IMG/VR virus record: IMGVR_UViG_3300027848_000009
Coordinates: 91,888 to 155,887 of that record
Source of the DNA: a virus
Length of the DNA stretch: 64,000 nt
Direction: 5' to 3' (one strand)
Numbering within the stretch: position 1 is the first letter of the stretch; the number at the start of each line of letters is the position of its first letter. Positions 1-10,487 of the stretch are shown one piece after another. Under the pieces are notes generated by a model. That model ran no database searches. It had not been told where the DNA came from and saw only the letters and a list, made by a program, of their open reading frames with translations. Made by a program: the position numbers and the translations under genes.

Positions 1-180
1 TTCGTCATCGCAAATTCAAGTCAAAACCCTGTTGAACTCTGCGGCGGTGGCCATAGCGCCGCACCCGGTGACATTTGGCTGATTTTTAAAGACGACTACG
101 TATCTGGGGTTTCGAGTTCGAACTCGAAGGTGAAGGTTTTAGCAAAATTTGGCGCAAAATCCCAATTGCTCAAGTCCTAG
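1..180 (+). CDS. 3' end of a hypothetical protein (truncated by window)
   Basis: Frame 1 is open from base 1 to TAG at 178-180 (FVIANSSQNPVELCGGGH...), loosely similar to the next ORF (ICNLTSQKVEIDDEGH). Confidence 0.5.
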   Translation, partial: FVIANSSQNPVELCGGGHSAAPGDIWLIFKDDYVSGVSSSNSKVKVLAKFGAKSQLLKS

Positions 181-197
181 TACGGTACAATAAATAG

Positions 198-545
198 ATG
201 GCGAAAAATATTTTCAAACAGGTCTCTAAAGCTGAGTGCCTTGCAGCAGCAGCAGAGGGAAATATTGGTATCTGCAATTTGACGTCACAAAAAGTCGAAA
301 TCGACGATGAAGGCCATTTCGTCGAGGCGCGAGGTCACGCAATCGTTGGCAAAACGAACCCGATGATTGAAGTTCTTTCCGCTAGGGGAACCATCGCAGT
401 CAACGAAAAGAAGGCCGAGGATTCGAAAAAAGTCTTCAAGTCTTCCAAGCGGACTGATACAAAGGAATTGGAAGTAGAAAGTGCGGTTGAAGACGATCCC
501 GCAATTTCCGAGGAAGAAGTATCGTCAAAGATCGATAACGTCTGA
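198..545 (+). CDS. hypothetical protein with acidic C-terminus
   Basis: 115-aa ORF; TACAAT at 186-191 lies 6 nt before the ATG (leaderless start). Confidence 0.7.
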   Translation: MAKNIFKQVSKAECLAAAAEGNIGICNLTSQKVEIDDEGHFVEARGHAIVGKTNPMIEVLSARGTIAVNEKKAEDSKKVFKSSKRTDTKELEVESAVEDDPAISEEEVSSKIDNV

Positions 546-630
546 TAATCTATAAGTGACAGTTCAGTTTCAGAGCATAAAGTTCTGAAACTTAAATCAG
601 TCGCCAGCAAACGGAAGAAAAGGAAGCCCT

Positions 631-2106
631 ATGCCGGGAGTCGTAATCAGCACAGCAGTCCGCACGGGTCCCGCCGGGAACACCGTTCGGGAAACATCGC
701 AGGCCTTCTTCGTCGGCTTGTCCGATCGTGGATCCTCGACGCGGGCGGTGAAAGTAACCAGCACCGAGGAATTTCAGAACGTCTATGGCGGATATGTCAG
801 TTATGCATATCTCCATGACACTGTTCAGACTTTCTTCGAAGAGGGCGGAACACAGTGCTACATCGGTCGCGCTGTCGGCCCTGGTGCCACTACCGGCTTC
901 CTGACGCTCGAAGACGACGCGCAGACAGATTCCCTCACCATCACCGCAAATGGTGCTGGTGCATGGAGCGCCAATGTCAGGGTGGCCGTCATCGCTGGCC
1001 TCGCCGCTGGATCCCGTCAGCTTCAGTTGACCTACGCCAACGTCATCATCTTCAACACTGGCGATATTCTCACCGTTGCGGAAATGGCCGGAAAGATCAA
1101 CCGAGACACGACCGCGTCCCACTACATCACAGCAGAAGTCGTCGGTGCAAACCTTCCCGCAATTCTCACGGCCACGGCGATTTCGACCGGCGATGATGAT
1201 CGCGCGAATGTGACACACGCCGAGTACAACAGCGCGCTCACGCTTTTCCTTGACTCATACGGCGCTGGCGTTGTAGCCAACCCTGAGAGCACGGTCGATC
1301 AGGTCAAGGCCGGATTGATTACGCACGCGAATTCATACAACCGAATCTGCTACATCCACCTCCCGGCCGGAACGCCGGTCGCGGACGACGGGGCAGACAA
1401 TGTCGCAGATGTGGCGCGTTCGCTGACGGCTTCGACGGAAAACGCCGAGCATGCTCAGCTGATTTTCCCTTGGGTATACAAGCCGACAGACATCGCTGGC
1501 GTCAACCGTATGATCCCGCCGGTCGGCTATGCCGCCGGTTGTCGGTCACGGGCACACAACCAGATTGGTGCCCAGCAGGCCGGTGCAGGAATCATTTCAA
1601 GCGCCCGCTACATCAACGGACTTGAGTATGACCTCGACAAGGCGAATGGCGATCGACTCGATAGCGCAAACGTTGTCGCTATCCGCCGAATCAACAATGC
1701 GATTCGCATCTACGGGGCTCGCACACTGTCTTCCGACACGTCGAACTTCCGGTACATCACCGGACAAGACTTGGTCAACCATGTGGTCGTTGAGGCCAAC
1801 CGTTCGCTTGAGGATCTCCTGTTCAGTGTGATCGACGGGCGGAACAACATTTTTGCCAGCGTCGAAGCCAAGATGATCGCAATTCTTGAGCCTCTTCGTC
1901 TCGCTGGAGCACTGTATGAGGCGTTCGACCTCTACGGGAAGCGGATCGACTACGGATACACCGTCAAGTGTGACAAATCCCTGAACCCAGTCACCCAGTT
2001 GGCTGATGGTCTCGTTAAAGCTAAGGTCGGAATCCGCGTGTCAAGCGTCGGAGACAAGATCGAGGTCGACATCGTCAAGAGCAACTTGACGGCGTCGGTC
2101 GTCTAA
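631..2106 (+). CDS. contractile tail sheath protein
   Basis: MPGVVIS start, FFEEGG..CYIGR, PWV..., IRIYGARTLS and RYI motifs typical of sheath proteins; 491 aa. Confidence 0.93.
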   Translation: MPGVVISTAVRTGPAGNTVRETSQAFFVGLSDRGSSTRAVKVTSTEEFQNVYGGYVSYAYLHDTVQTFFEEGGTQCYIGRAVGPGATTGFLTLEDDAQTDSLTITANGAGAWSANVRVAVIAGLAAGSRQLQLTYANVIIFNTGDILTVAEMAGKINRDTTASHYITAEVVGANLPAILTATAISTGDDDRANVTHAEYNSALTLFLDSYGAGVVANPESTVDQVKAGLITHANSYNRICYIHLPAGTPVADDGADNVADVARSLTASTENAEHAQLIFPWVYKPTDIAGVNRMIPPVGYAAGCRSRAHNQIGAQQAGAGIISSARYINGLEYDLDKANGDRLDSANVVAIRRINNAIRIYGARTLSSDTSNFRYITGQDLVNHVVVEANRSLEDLLFSVIDGRNNIFASVEAKMIAILEPLRLAGALYEAFDLYGKRIDYGYTVKCDKSLNPVTQLADGLVKAKVGIRVSSVGDKIEVDIVKSNLTASVV

Positions 2107-2121
2107 TCGGAGGAATAACAA

Positions 2122-2586
2122 ATGTCTAAGACTTCACAGCGACAGATTCTCGCCGACATCGCGCCGGTGGACAGCAATCATCCCAAGTGGGAGGGCTTCC
2201 GCTTCGCTCAAGTTTCGGGTGGAGAGATCACCGCTTCAGTTGAGAAGATCTATGAGGGGGGTGCGAAGTTCCCATCCGTGCTTTGCGCGCCTTTCGAGAT
2301 TGGTGACATCACGCTGACGGCTCACTTCGACGACGATTACACTGAGAGCGACGGAGCCAGCGGAATTGCCAGAAAGTTGGCTTCGCTCCGCCCTCTCGTT
2401 GGTCAGGCGTACTACAACGTCAACATCAAGACGTACGACTGCGACATCGAGGTGCTTGGCACCGACCGGGTGTACACCAGCGCCCTGCTTGTTGGGCTCA
2501 CCGAGCCAGAAGGTGACTCGTCCTCTGGGGCGCCAGCGACATTCGCGCTGACGTTTGCAATCCAGAGCGTCAACTCCACCACCTGA
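2122..2586 (+). CDS. tail tube protein
   Basis: 154 aa directly after the sheath gene; GGAGG RBS; FAQVSGG...ITLT...DSSSG..ATFALTF pattern. Confidence 0.85.
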   Translation: MSKTSQRQILADIAPVDSNHPKWEGFRFAQVSGGEITASVEKIYEGGAKFPSVLCAPFEIGDITLTAHFDDDYTESDGASGIARKLASLRPLVGQAYYNVNIKTYDCDIEVLGTDRVYTSALLVGLTEPEGDSSSGAPATFALTFAIQSVNSTT

Positions 2587-2618
2587 TTTATCCGCGTCTG
2601 GCTTCGGCCTAGCACTTT

Positions 2619-2659
2619 AGAGACCCTTTTCCTTCGCTGGAGAGGGGTCTCTTTATTTT
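2619..2659 (+). terminator. intrinsic terminator after tail tube gene
   Basis: AGAGACCCTTTTCC-loop-GGAGAGGGGTCTCT hairpin followed by TTATTTT. Confidence 0.75.
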
Positions 2660-2705
2660 ATGAGGAGTTCCGTTCGGGGTAACTCCGATGTGCTAATTTT
2701 TCAGC

Positions 2706-3224
2706 ATGACCGAAAGCCTTTACATCGAAGAAAATGAGCCCTCCGCTGAGCCCGCAAAGGCCTCAAAAGCGAAGGCTTCCATCGTTTCCCCTCTCTCCCG
2801 TTTGAAGGAAACCATTTCAAAGAAGGTGGAGCGATCAGTGATCCACCTTGAGGTGCCGGACCGCAAGGGGGTTTACCTCATTATCAGCCCCAACGTAGCG
2901 CAGAATCAGATGAAGAGCTGGCGGCGCAACGCTGGCGAAGATTCCAAAAAGGGCATGGATCCAACGAAGTTTGCCGCTTACGTCGTTGGCCATACGACCA
3001 CCGGAATCATTATGGATGGCGAGGAAGTGTTTGATGCGGACGGCAATTCTCTGAACTTTGCATCCAAAGACGTTTTGGAGTCGACGGACACAACGAGGCC
3101 TGTACCTGACGCCGTTTTGGCATTTTTCAATCTTGACCCACACGTCGAGCAGGGTGCTCTAGCGATTCTGGAGGCAGCTGGCTACGGTGACACCGTTGAA
3201 GCGGTGGACCCTACGAAGGACTGA
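2706..3224 (+). CDS. tail assembly chaperone (G-like)
   Basis: Between tube and tape measure genes; ends VDPTKD; leaderless TAATTT-N5-ATG. Confidence 0.75.
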   Translation: MTESLYIEENEPSAEPAKASKAKASIVSPLSRLKETISKKVERSVIHLEVPDRKGVYLIISPNVAQNQMKSWRRNAGEDSKKGMDPTKFAAYVVGHTTTGIIMDGEEVFDADGNSLNFASKDVLESTDTTRPVPDAVLAFFNLDPHVEQGALAILEAAGYGDTVEAVDPTKD

Positions 3225-3409
3225 TTGACGATTTAGCCGATGATGGCTACGTAATCAGTGCTGCGCGACTAGCGGAATTGTGGGGAACTAGCCCTATCGA
3301 CTTGTTATCTGTAGATGATGACGAATGGTTGGTACTTATGGCATGTGCTAAAGTGGTAGAGCGCGATCGTGAAGAATCGGAGCGTAAGCGCAAGCATAAT
3401 AATCGCTAA
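3200..3409 (+). CDS. tail assembly chaperone extension (T-like), probably reached by -1 frameshift
   Basis: The -1 frame is open 3200-3409 (LIDDLADDGYVISAARLAELWGTSPIDLL...), has no early ATG, and fills the gap before the tape measure gene. Confidence 0.65.
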   Translation, partial: SGGPYEGLIDDLADDGYVISAARLAELWGTSPIDLLSVDDDEWLVLMACAKVVERDREESERKRKHNNR

Positions 3410-3426
3410 CCTGAGGGTTGAGACCT

Positions 3427-6400
3427 ATGGCTGATGCAAGTCTAGTAATCAAGATTAGTGCGACTGGTGAACGCAACCTCAAGTCGATCCGTAGAGACCT
3501 TGACAGGATTAGCGCCTCCGCTGTAACTACTTCTGCAGCCCTGCAGGCTTTCGCCCGGAGTTACAACGACGCTTGGGACAAACACCTCAAGAACGTCGAA
3601 AAGAACTTCACACGGCACTTCGACGACCTCGATCGGATGGTCTCAATGGCCGGTGGCACGCTGCTGAAAGGGCTCGGCTTGGCGCTCAAGGCAACCGCTG
3701 CCGAGTTTGTCCTAATGGGCGCATCAATGCTTGGTGTTCACGCACTGTTTGCTACCGGCAACTGGTTGATGAAGGGTTACCGGGGGGCAATGGCCCTGTT
3801 GGCTGGAGCGGCAGCGTCGACTGCCGTGGCTCTTGCTTCTGTGGCGGCCGCAATCCGCGAACAGAGCGCCGCAATGTACGCTTACAAGGCGACCGGATAC
3901 AAGCAGTTTGGAGACAACCTGAATCGCGTCCGTGTAGTTATGCGCGGTCTAGAAACAGATACCCGTTTCGCTTCCGTTGGGGTGGAGAACTTAAACGCAG
4001 CGTACGCAGCAGTCTCCCAGAGGTCGACGTTCACGGCAGGTTCTCAGGGCCTACTGAGTGGTCTTATGGACTTTGCTTCAGCAGGTCAGCCATTAGAGCA
4101 AGGGGTCAAGGCCGCTGGCCAATTGATCGGCATTCTCCAAGATCCAAAAGCATCGTTTAGCGAGATAACCAAATCCGCTGAAGCGCTTGGTCCAGCCATG
4201 CAGAAGGCGATGAAGGAAGCTGAGAAGCAAGGCATCAACACCGCAACTGAACTGAAGAAAGCAATCAACGACGGCACGCTCGTTTCGATGGGTGGCGTTG
4301 AAGGCCAGTTCGATGCAGTAAACGGAACTCTCGTGAGCATCATGAAGGGCGGCTTCAACCAAATTCGCTCAATGTTTGCTGATATGGGTCAACCTTTCCT
4401 CAAGCCGTTGAAGGAGGCTGCTGACGAGATCCTTGTCATCTTCAAGCGCACGTTCATGCGGCTACGGGGTGACCTTGGCAAGTTCGGCACGGGATCGTTT
4501 ATCACCTCGCTTGTGAGTATGTCCGAGAAACTCGAAAATGTGTTCGTGAAGTTGATCCGTGATTACTTGCCTCAGGTTATCGGAATGTTCGGCAGGTGGT
4601 CCGATAAGTGGGATTCTTTCACAAATGGATGGAACAGGCTTCTCGACGGGATGCGGCCACTTATAGATGGGGCGAAAGTTCTTGAAGGTGTTCTAAAGAA
4701 CATCTTCGGTCCTGTCTGGACCCAAATTAAAGAAAAGTTTGGCTCTTTCAACGACCAGCTTAAGGAGAACGAACCTCAACTTTTATCATTCGGTACTGCT
4801 CTGGGTGACATGCTTGTCTCCTTTAGCAAAGTGACCGACAAGATGCGCGAGCTTTTCTTCACGGCGCTTCCATTCATCACCAAAATGCTTGAAGGCGTCA
4901 AGCAGATCACGGATCTCCTCGGCACGATGCTCGGTTCTATGGGGAAAATTTTTGGTGGTAAGGGTGACGGTTTTGGTGCTTTTGGAATGTTGATGGGCCT
5001 CGGCCTTATCGGCCGTTCAATGAAAAACACTAAAGGCGGATTTGTTCAGAAATCGATGGTTTCGAGCATGAACGTTCAAGCAAATCAAGTTACCGTCACG
5101 GGCGCAACTGCAGGTGGGCAAATGTATCCGGGTGCAGCAACATCTCAGCAAGCGTTTAATACACCCTATGGTCCGGGTCGCACTGTTGGCGGGCTGGGTG
5201 GTGGTGCTGGATCTGGATTTTTGTCCGCAAGAAATGGTCCGACATCTAATTATTACCCACCCGGATCTTTAGGTGGACCTATTAGTCACCGCGCTGGAGT
5301 GGCTCAGGGTATGTCCTCGGGGCAAGTTGCTGCCTATAACAAAGGTACCCGTGCGGCAGCGGCGGCACAGGCTCCGATGACCTCTTCCGGCATGACGGGT
5401 TTGCCAAGCCGATTGCAACAGTTCAGTGGCTCTAGAGGCCCCCGGGCCATGCGCAACAACTCTAAAATGTACGGCAATTTTAGTAAATACAATAACTCTG
5501 CAAGTGGAAAAATGGGAACGATGGTTGGTCTCGGCCTGCTCAGTTCCGTAATGCCGGAAGAGACACAAGGCGCAATGTCCTTAGGGGCCAGTCTTGCAGT
5601 GATCAATCCTGCCCTCGGTCTTGGCGTTGCAGGCATCGGTACCGCCATGACTTCAAAGAATGCAGCTGTCGGCGTCGGCGGCGGTGTTGTTGGTGGAGCA
5701 GCATTGGGGATGATGGTCGCTGGCCCTGTGGGTGCTGCTGTTGGTGGAATTCTTGGTGGAGTACTCGGCGGGATTAAGGCCAACAGCAACAAGCACAATG
5801 CTATGAGGGAAGAGGCTCGCGAACAGGGTCGTAGCGCAAGTAAGCAAATTCTTGAAGGGCTGATGACGGGTATAAGCGATGCGTCTAAAAACGACGACAT
5901 CAAAGCGTTCACATCGGAAAATTTGGGCGAGACGCTCGGTTTGAATCTGCTGGATGATGCGGTGAAGGATTCGTTCGACTTCCAGAAGCAGAATGGTTTG
6001 AGATCGCATGAGCAGCGTCAGGCTCTTGTTGAAAAACTTTACGCGCAACGCGACGTTCTCGGATTCGAGATGTCTGAAGAAGAAAAGAAAAAAGCACTTG
6101 AGAAGCCAAACGAATTTTTGGAAACGATCAATAAAGAGTTGGCTCCGACGTTTGAAGCGGCAACTGAAATCACCAACAAATTCGAGTCACGAATGGACTT
6201 GTTCACGTCTTCTCTTCGCATGACAGAAGAGGAAGTGATGAGGCTTGCTCAGACCACTGGCGTGAACCTTTACGATGCCGCACAAAATACCGGAGACATG
6301 ATAAAGCAACTTGCTGACGGGCTGATTACTTCAAAAGAAAAGATGGATCAAGCGATGGCAGATATCGGCGCCAGAGGGATGTCGAAGCTATCTGTAGAGA

Positions 6401-7542
6401 AGAGGCGCCTTGAAGCCCCACATGTCATGGACGAAGCAGCCCAAAACATCTTGGATATGTCACGATCTGGAAACTTCGATACCGCTAATGCGGTTGGGCT
6501 GACGGAGGACATCTATGGAGGCCTAATTGACTTTTACGAAGGTGACACTACGAAGGCGATGCTCACTTTTCTGGATCAGTTTGCGGATGGTAAAGCGTTC
6601 GAAGAGGGGAACACGCTGTCAGCCATGAAACCTGCAGACATAGCAACTTTTCTGGCGGCTATTCAACCTGCATTGGACGAGATGCAAAGCGGTAGGGATA
6701 AAATAGGTTTCGATCTGTTCTCTGGCATTTTTGCTGACTCTGGACTTTCTGTCGTACTCAAAGACCCTGAATACTTTTCTAAACTGACTGACAAGCAACT
6801 TATCGCATTTGGCGATAAATTTACAGCTGAAAACATTAAGGACAAGTCAGGCATCGAACTGAAAGATATGTTGGCAGAATTGTTCCCAGATATGCAAGCG
6901 AAGTTTGAAGTGGTGGAGGACATCATTGCGGGGGCGGCGCTAGATCTAGAAACAAAGTCCGCTGAGTTCGTGGCAGCATTGACCGGCATGATTACCGCAC
7001 TGAGCAATGGTTTGAGCAATCTCAATATCCCGGATCCGCCAGCACCGGTTCCCGACACCGGCGTCGATCCCGATACGTCGACTCCTCGTGGGGACACGCT
7101 TTCATCGAGATACTCGCGAACAATGTCAGCGCACAGTCAACTAGATTCGATGGCGTCGGGTAAACGATTTGTTACTTCCGGCTGGCGTAACTTCGATCTT
7201 GGCAGCCCAAGTTCAGACCACGTCAATGGCCGCGCATATGATTTGACCGGACAGAATCTTGGTGCGTACAAGTCCCTCGTTGACGCCAGCGGAGGGTTTG
7301 GGGAGTTCCATGGTTCCGCTGGAAGCCGCCATCTTCACGTTGTTCCTAATACGTCTGGTGGGGCGCCGATGGGCGATTCATCGTCACCTGCGACACTCGG
7401 TGGTGGCGGCGGCGGCGGGATGACCAACAATAATAACTACACGATAAATATTAACGGATCTGATCAGTCGCCGGAACAAATTGCTGAGGCTGTAATGCAA
7501 CGGATAAAGAGCGACGAGATGTCAATGAGTGAGCGTCGCTGA
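3427..7542 (+). CDS. tape measure protein with C-terminal Zn-peptidase (M15-like) domain
   Basis: About 1370 aa, Ala/Gly-rich helical; C-terminal SGWR...SDHVNGRAYD...HLHV motif. Confidence 0.9.
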   Translation: MADASLVIKISATGERNLKSIRRDLDRISASAVTTSAALQAFARSYNDAWDKHLKNVEKNFTRHFDDLDRMVSMAGGTLLKGLGLALKATAAEFVLMGASMLGVHALFATGNWLMKGYRGAMALLAGAAASTAVALASVAAAIREQSAAMYAYKATGYKQFGDNLNRVRVVMRGLETDTRFASVGVENLNAAYAAVSQRSTFTAGSQGLLSGLMDFASAGQPLEQGVKAAGQLIGILQDPKASFSEITKSAEALGPAMQKAMKEAEKQGINTATELKKAINDGTLVSMGGVEGQFDAVNGTLVSIMKGGFNQIRSMFADMGQPFLKPLKEAADEILVIFKRTFMRLRGDLGKFGTGSFITSLVSMSEKLENVFVKLIRDYLPQVIGMFGRWSDKWDSFTNGWNRLLDGMRPLIDGAKVLEGVLKNIFGPVWTQIKEKFGSFNDQLKENEPQLLSFGTALGDMLVSFSKVTDKMRELFFTALPFITKMLEGVKQITDLLGTMLGSMGKIFGGKGDGFGAFGMLMGLGLIGRSMKNTKGGFVQKSMVSSMNVQANQVTVTGATAGGQMYPGAATSQQAFNTPYGPGRTVGGLGGGAGSGFLSARNGPTSNYYPPGSLGGPISHRAGVAQGMSSGQVAAYNKGTRAAAAAQAPMTSSGMTGLPSRLQQFSGSRGPRAMRNNSKMYGNFSKYNNSASGKMGTMVGLGLLSSVMPEETQGAMSLGASLAVINPALGLGVAGIGTAMTSKNAAVGVGGGVVGGAALGMMVAGPVGAAVGGILGGVLGGIKANSNKHNAMREEAREQGRSASKQILEGLMTGISDASKNDDIKAFTSENLGETLGLNLLDDAVKDSFDFQKQNGLRSHEQRQALVEKLYAQRDVLGFEMSEEEKKKALEKPNEFLETINKELAPTFEAATEITNKFESRMDLFTSSLRMTEEEVMRLAQTTGVNLYDAAQNTGDMIKQLADGLITSKEKMDQAMADIGARGMSKLSVEKRRLEAPHVMDEAAQNILDMSRSGNFDTANAVGLTEDIYGGLIDFYEGDTTKAMLTFLDQFADGKAFEEGNTLSAMKPADIATFLAAIQPALDEMQSGRDKIGFDLFSGIFADSGLSVVLKDPEYFSKLTDKQLIAFGDKFTAENIKDKSGIELKDMLAELFPDMQAKFEVVEDIIAGAALDLETKSAEFVAALTGMITALSNGLSNLNIPDPPAPVPDTGVDPDTSTPRGDTLSSRYSRTMSAHSQLDSMASGKRFVTSGWRNFDLGSPSSDHVNGRAYDLTGQNLGAYKSLVDASGGFGEFHGSAGSRHLHVVPNTSGGAPMGDSSSPATLGGGGGGGMTNNNNYTININGSDQSPEQIAEAVMQRIKSDEMSMSERR

Positions 7543-8990
7543 TGGCTGTTGGCGACTGGCCAAGTTTCAGCGGGGGCGCAGATATTTCTTTTGTCGACCG
7601 CACGCCGCCCGGAACAATCGTCACAGCAGCGGGCGGCCCTGGGAGACGCTCTGGTGTCAAGTATATGGCGACCACCCGATTTGGACTCATCAAGATAAAC
7701 GCCTTCAAGTATCAGATTGTTACAGCTTACGTCAGAGAGTCGCAGTCATTTAACGGAGCAAAAGAAAAACTTTATGACTGGCTCCCCCTTCGGGGAGGTT
7801 GTTACTTGACTGTTGCCCGACCTATCACTGGGATACATTATTATGGAACAAACTTTGGTACTGCTTCTCGTGATCGGAATTCTTATCATTTTTTAGATGG
7901 GTCAAAAAGTAGTGGCGGAGTAAGTTGCGTGAAAGAATCAGACGGGTCGTACTTATACGCCGTTAAAGCTCCGCAAGCAAAATGGATTTCGGGCACTTAT
8001 TACTACCGTCAGAATGTAGGTGTGTACATGCCCCTTTTTTCTTTTGCTACCAAAGAAGGCTCGGAGGCAAGCGGTTGGGCGTTTACGAACAGGCCGCAGG
8101 GGGGCACCCCCAACGCAGTTGCTCCGTTGGGTCCCAATGTCGGCCCCTTGCTGCCGTTTATGCCAGCCCCACAAACAAAACTACCGTCAAGTGGCGGAGG
8201 CGGAGGCGGAGGCGGTGGAGGAGGCGGTGGAGGAGGCGGTGGCGGACAGCCATCTGCAAACGTCGCCCCAACCCCAGCAGAAACCAAAGTTGTTGTTCGC
8301 GTCCCATACGGATACACCAAACCACCAACCAAAGGAATCGAGAACCGTCCTCGAATCGTCCAAAACTACGTCGAATACATCAAAGACTCTTCCACCAAAC
8401 TCGGATACAAACAGATCACCGGTCAAGAAACGTTCCACTTCCCGTACGTCCCCAACAACATCTCATATTCCGGTCTAGGTTCAGAGTGGACCAATATTGA
8501 TAGGCAAGGAAATTATCCCCTTGTCGAATGGTCGAAGTGGCAATTGATGAGGGTCGAGATGGAATTCTTGTTGGCCGAAGACCGTGCTGTCGGTGGGGGA
8601 ATTTTAGTTCCTGACGGCATTTTTGTTAGCGTTAAGAACCGGATCAATACCCTGCGGAAGATGGCTCAAAGGCAGGCACCAGTTTCTGTTTTCAATCTCG
8701 ATGATCTTTTCCGGATTCAGGTGCGACGTGCGGCAGCAACCAGAAAGCCGATGCAGTTTGTGATTGCGGACATTAACGTCTCTTCAAGTAGAAGGTCGAT
8801 GGACTCGAACGAGAAGGAGATTACAGCAGCGACAGTCAAACTGACGTTGCAGGAAATCTTGATCGAGAATGTCACTATCGTAAAAATGTCACCTCCGCAG
8901 TTTTCGGAACCAATTTTGGCGAATCGGAGAGGGTCGGATACGACTTCTAGCGATGGTTTCAATGATCCCCTGTTCCATTGGGGCTTCTGA
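7542..8990 (+). CDS. tail tube initiator / baseplate protein with extra N-terminal domain and poly-Gly linker
   Basis: TGATG coupling to the tape measure gene; C-terminal FPYVPNNISYS...W..IDR.G..P...ATVKLTLQE resembles gpU/tube-initiator proteins. Confidence 0.6.
   Translation: MAVGDWPSFSGGADISFVDRTPPGTIVTAAGGPGRRSGVKYMATTRFGLIKINAFKYQIVTAYVRESQSFNGAKEKLYDWLPLRGGCYLTVARPITGIHYYGTNFGTASRDRNSYHFLDGSKSSGGVSCVKESDGSYLYAVKAPQAKWISGTYYYRQNVGVYMPLFSFATKEGSEASGWAFTNRPQGGTPNAVAPLGPNVGPLLPFMPAPQTKLPSSGGGGGGGGGGGGGGGGGGQPSANVAPTPAETKVVVRVPYGYTKPPTKGIENRPRIVQNYVEYIKDSSTKLGYKQITGQETFHFPYVPNNISYSGLGSEWTNIDRQGNYPLVEWSKWQLMRVEMEFLLAEDRAVGGGILVPDGIFVSVKNRINTLRKMAQRQAPVSVFNLDDLFRIQVRRAAATRKPMQFVIADINVSSSRRSMDSNEKEITAATVKLTLQEILIENVTIVKMSPPQFSEPILANRRGSDTTSSDGFNDPLFHWGF
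8193..8246 (+). repeat. GGN tandem repeat encoding Gly18 linker
   Basis: ggcggaggcgga... 18 consecutive Gly codons. Confidence 0.95.
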
Positions 8991-10042
8991 TGGCTGCCGA
9001 AACAAATTCGGCTCCGCTCAACGAGCGCAGGAAATACATTGTTTTTGATGATCCATCACTACTCGGTGCCGAAACAGACATAACAAATAGTTTAATATCT
9101 GCAAAATTTAGTTCAGGAATTGATCTTGCCACACAGCTAACTTTAGAAATAGTTGACCCAAATTTTAGTTTTGCAAGATCAAATTACTTCTCCATAACGA
9201 GAGATGTTTACTTTAAAAGCAACTCTCTCGGATCAATCAACGAGTCATTGAAAGTATCAGGACAAATTGCGTTAGAACGACTCAAATATCACCATCTTGA
9301 GGTGTCTGCAGTTACCTGCAGTGGAGGACCGGGAACTTCTCCAATTTGGACAATAGAATGCAGAACTAAAGCGATCCAACAGATGAGACGGGATCGCAAC
9401 CCCGGAGCAATTGAGGGCGCCTCTCAGAACTATGTGATCACGGCTGGCCGAAAGTACGGAATGAACACAGTTGCCGAAACGACGTCGAAATCGAAGAATA
9501 TCAACAAGGCATCAAACGACAGGCGCTCCGACTCCGCATGGGATGTCGTCAAGAGCCTCGCTAGTGAGGCCAAATTTATAACGTTCGAATCGGATGGGAT
9601 TCTATTTTTTGCTTCACAAAAATGGATGCTTGGCCTATGGGGTTCAACTCGGACCAATTTTGATGCGGATTTGATTACACGTTACGGCGGACTTCTCCGA
9701 AATGGGTACAACGTCATTCCTGTTCGCTACCCCTCAAAAGAATCCGACATTATTAGGGTTCATCAAATGCCTCAGATGAGAAGATCCGATAACAATCCGC
9801 TGCTTGTTGAGGGTTCAATGGTGGTTGACTCTATTGCCGGGTCGATTCTCAGGCCGGGAATGACCATTCAACTCACCAACTACCCAACATTTGAGGGCCT
9901 GTACCTAATAAGTCAGGTTGACTACAATGTTCTTACCAACGATCCAGCGACAATCACTTTCCGCTCACCAGAACGCGAAGATAAAGACATCATAGACTAC
10001 GTAGTCGGCGCAACGAGTCCTTCGACGGCCTACTCAAACTGA
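8990..10042 (+). CDS. baseplate hub (gpD/gp27-like)
   Basis: Position and size; DSAWDVVKSLA..FITFESDG.LFF and LRPGMTIQL....FEGLYLISQV patterns. Confidence 0.7.
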   Translation: MAAETNSAPLNERRKYIVFDDPSLLGAETDITNSLISAKFSSGIDLATQLTLEIVDPNFSFARSNYFSITRDVYFKSNSLGSINESLKVSGQIALERLKYHHLEVSAVTCSGGPGTSPIWTIECRTKAIQQMRRDRNPGAIEGASQNYVITAGRKYGMNTVAETTSKSKNINKASNDRRSDSAWDVVKSLASEAKFITFESDGILFFASQKWMLGLWGSTRTNFDADLITRYGGLLRNGYNVIPVRYPSKESDIIRVHQMPQMRRSDNNPLLVEGSMVVDSIAGSILRPGMTIQLTNYPTFEGLYLISQVDYNVLTNDPATITFRSPEREDKDIIDYVVGATSPSTAYSN

Positions 10043-10056
10043 GAGGATGAGTACTG

Positions 10057-10437
10057 ATGGCTGGACAATCATATTCTACTGTCGTTGGCGGTTCGTCGAA
10101 TCCTGAACCGGGCGGACTACTCTATTTCGCCACAGTTCATTCGATTTCCAACGGAAAACTTCGAGTAAATGTGCCAATGCTTGGTTTCATTAGCAGTCCG
10201 TGCGATCACCTAAATTCCTATGGGAACGACAGGTATGCAGTCGGCGATCGGGTCGTTGTCGGTTTTCTTGAAGGCGGAAAACAGTATCTGGTGCTGTTCG
10301 GTCGCGTGAACCACACTCGGACCGCTTTCCCCACATACGGACAGTACTTGGCACTTGCCGGTCGAGTTTCTGCACTCGAATCTACCGTAGCAACACTACA
10401 AGCTGCCGTCACGGCACTCCAAGGACACACCCATTAA
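10057..10437 (+). CDS. baseplate central spike (gpV-like)
   Basis: OB-fold-like N-terminus (VGDRVVVGFLEG) and C-terminal HTH (HxH) metal-binding tip motif. Confidence 0.75.
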   Translation: MAGQSYSTVVGGSSNPEPGGLLYFATVHSISNGKLRVNVPMLGFISSPCDHLNSYGNDRYAVGDRVVVGFLEGGKQYLVLFGRVNHTRTAFPTYGQYLALAGRVSALESTVATLQAAVTALQGHTH

Positions 10438-10487
10438 TAAGAGCACATGCTAACGTCGTGTAAACTGGAGTTTGTAAGGAGATCAAC

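Noticed and set aside
111-128. Perfect 18-bp palindrome TTCGAGTTCGAACTCGAA
   Set aside because: Single copy inside a probable coding region; no supporting second site seen.
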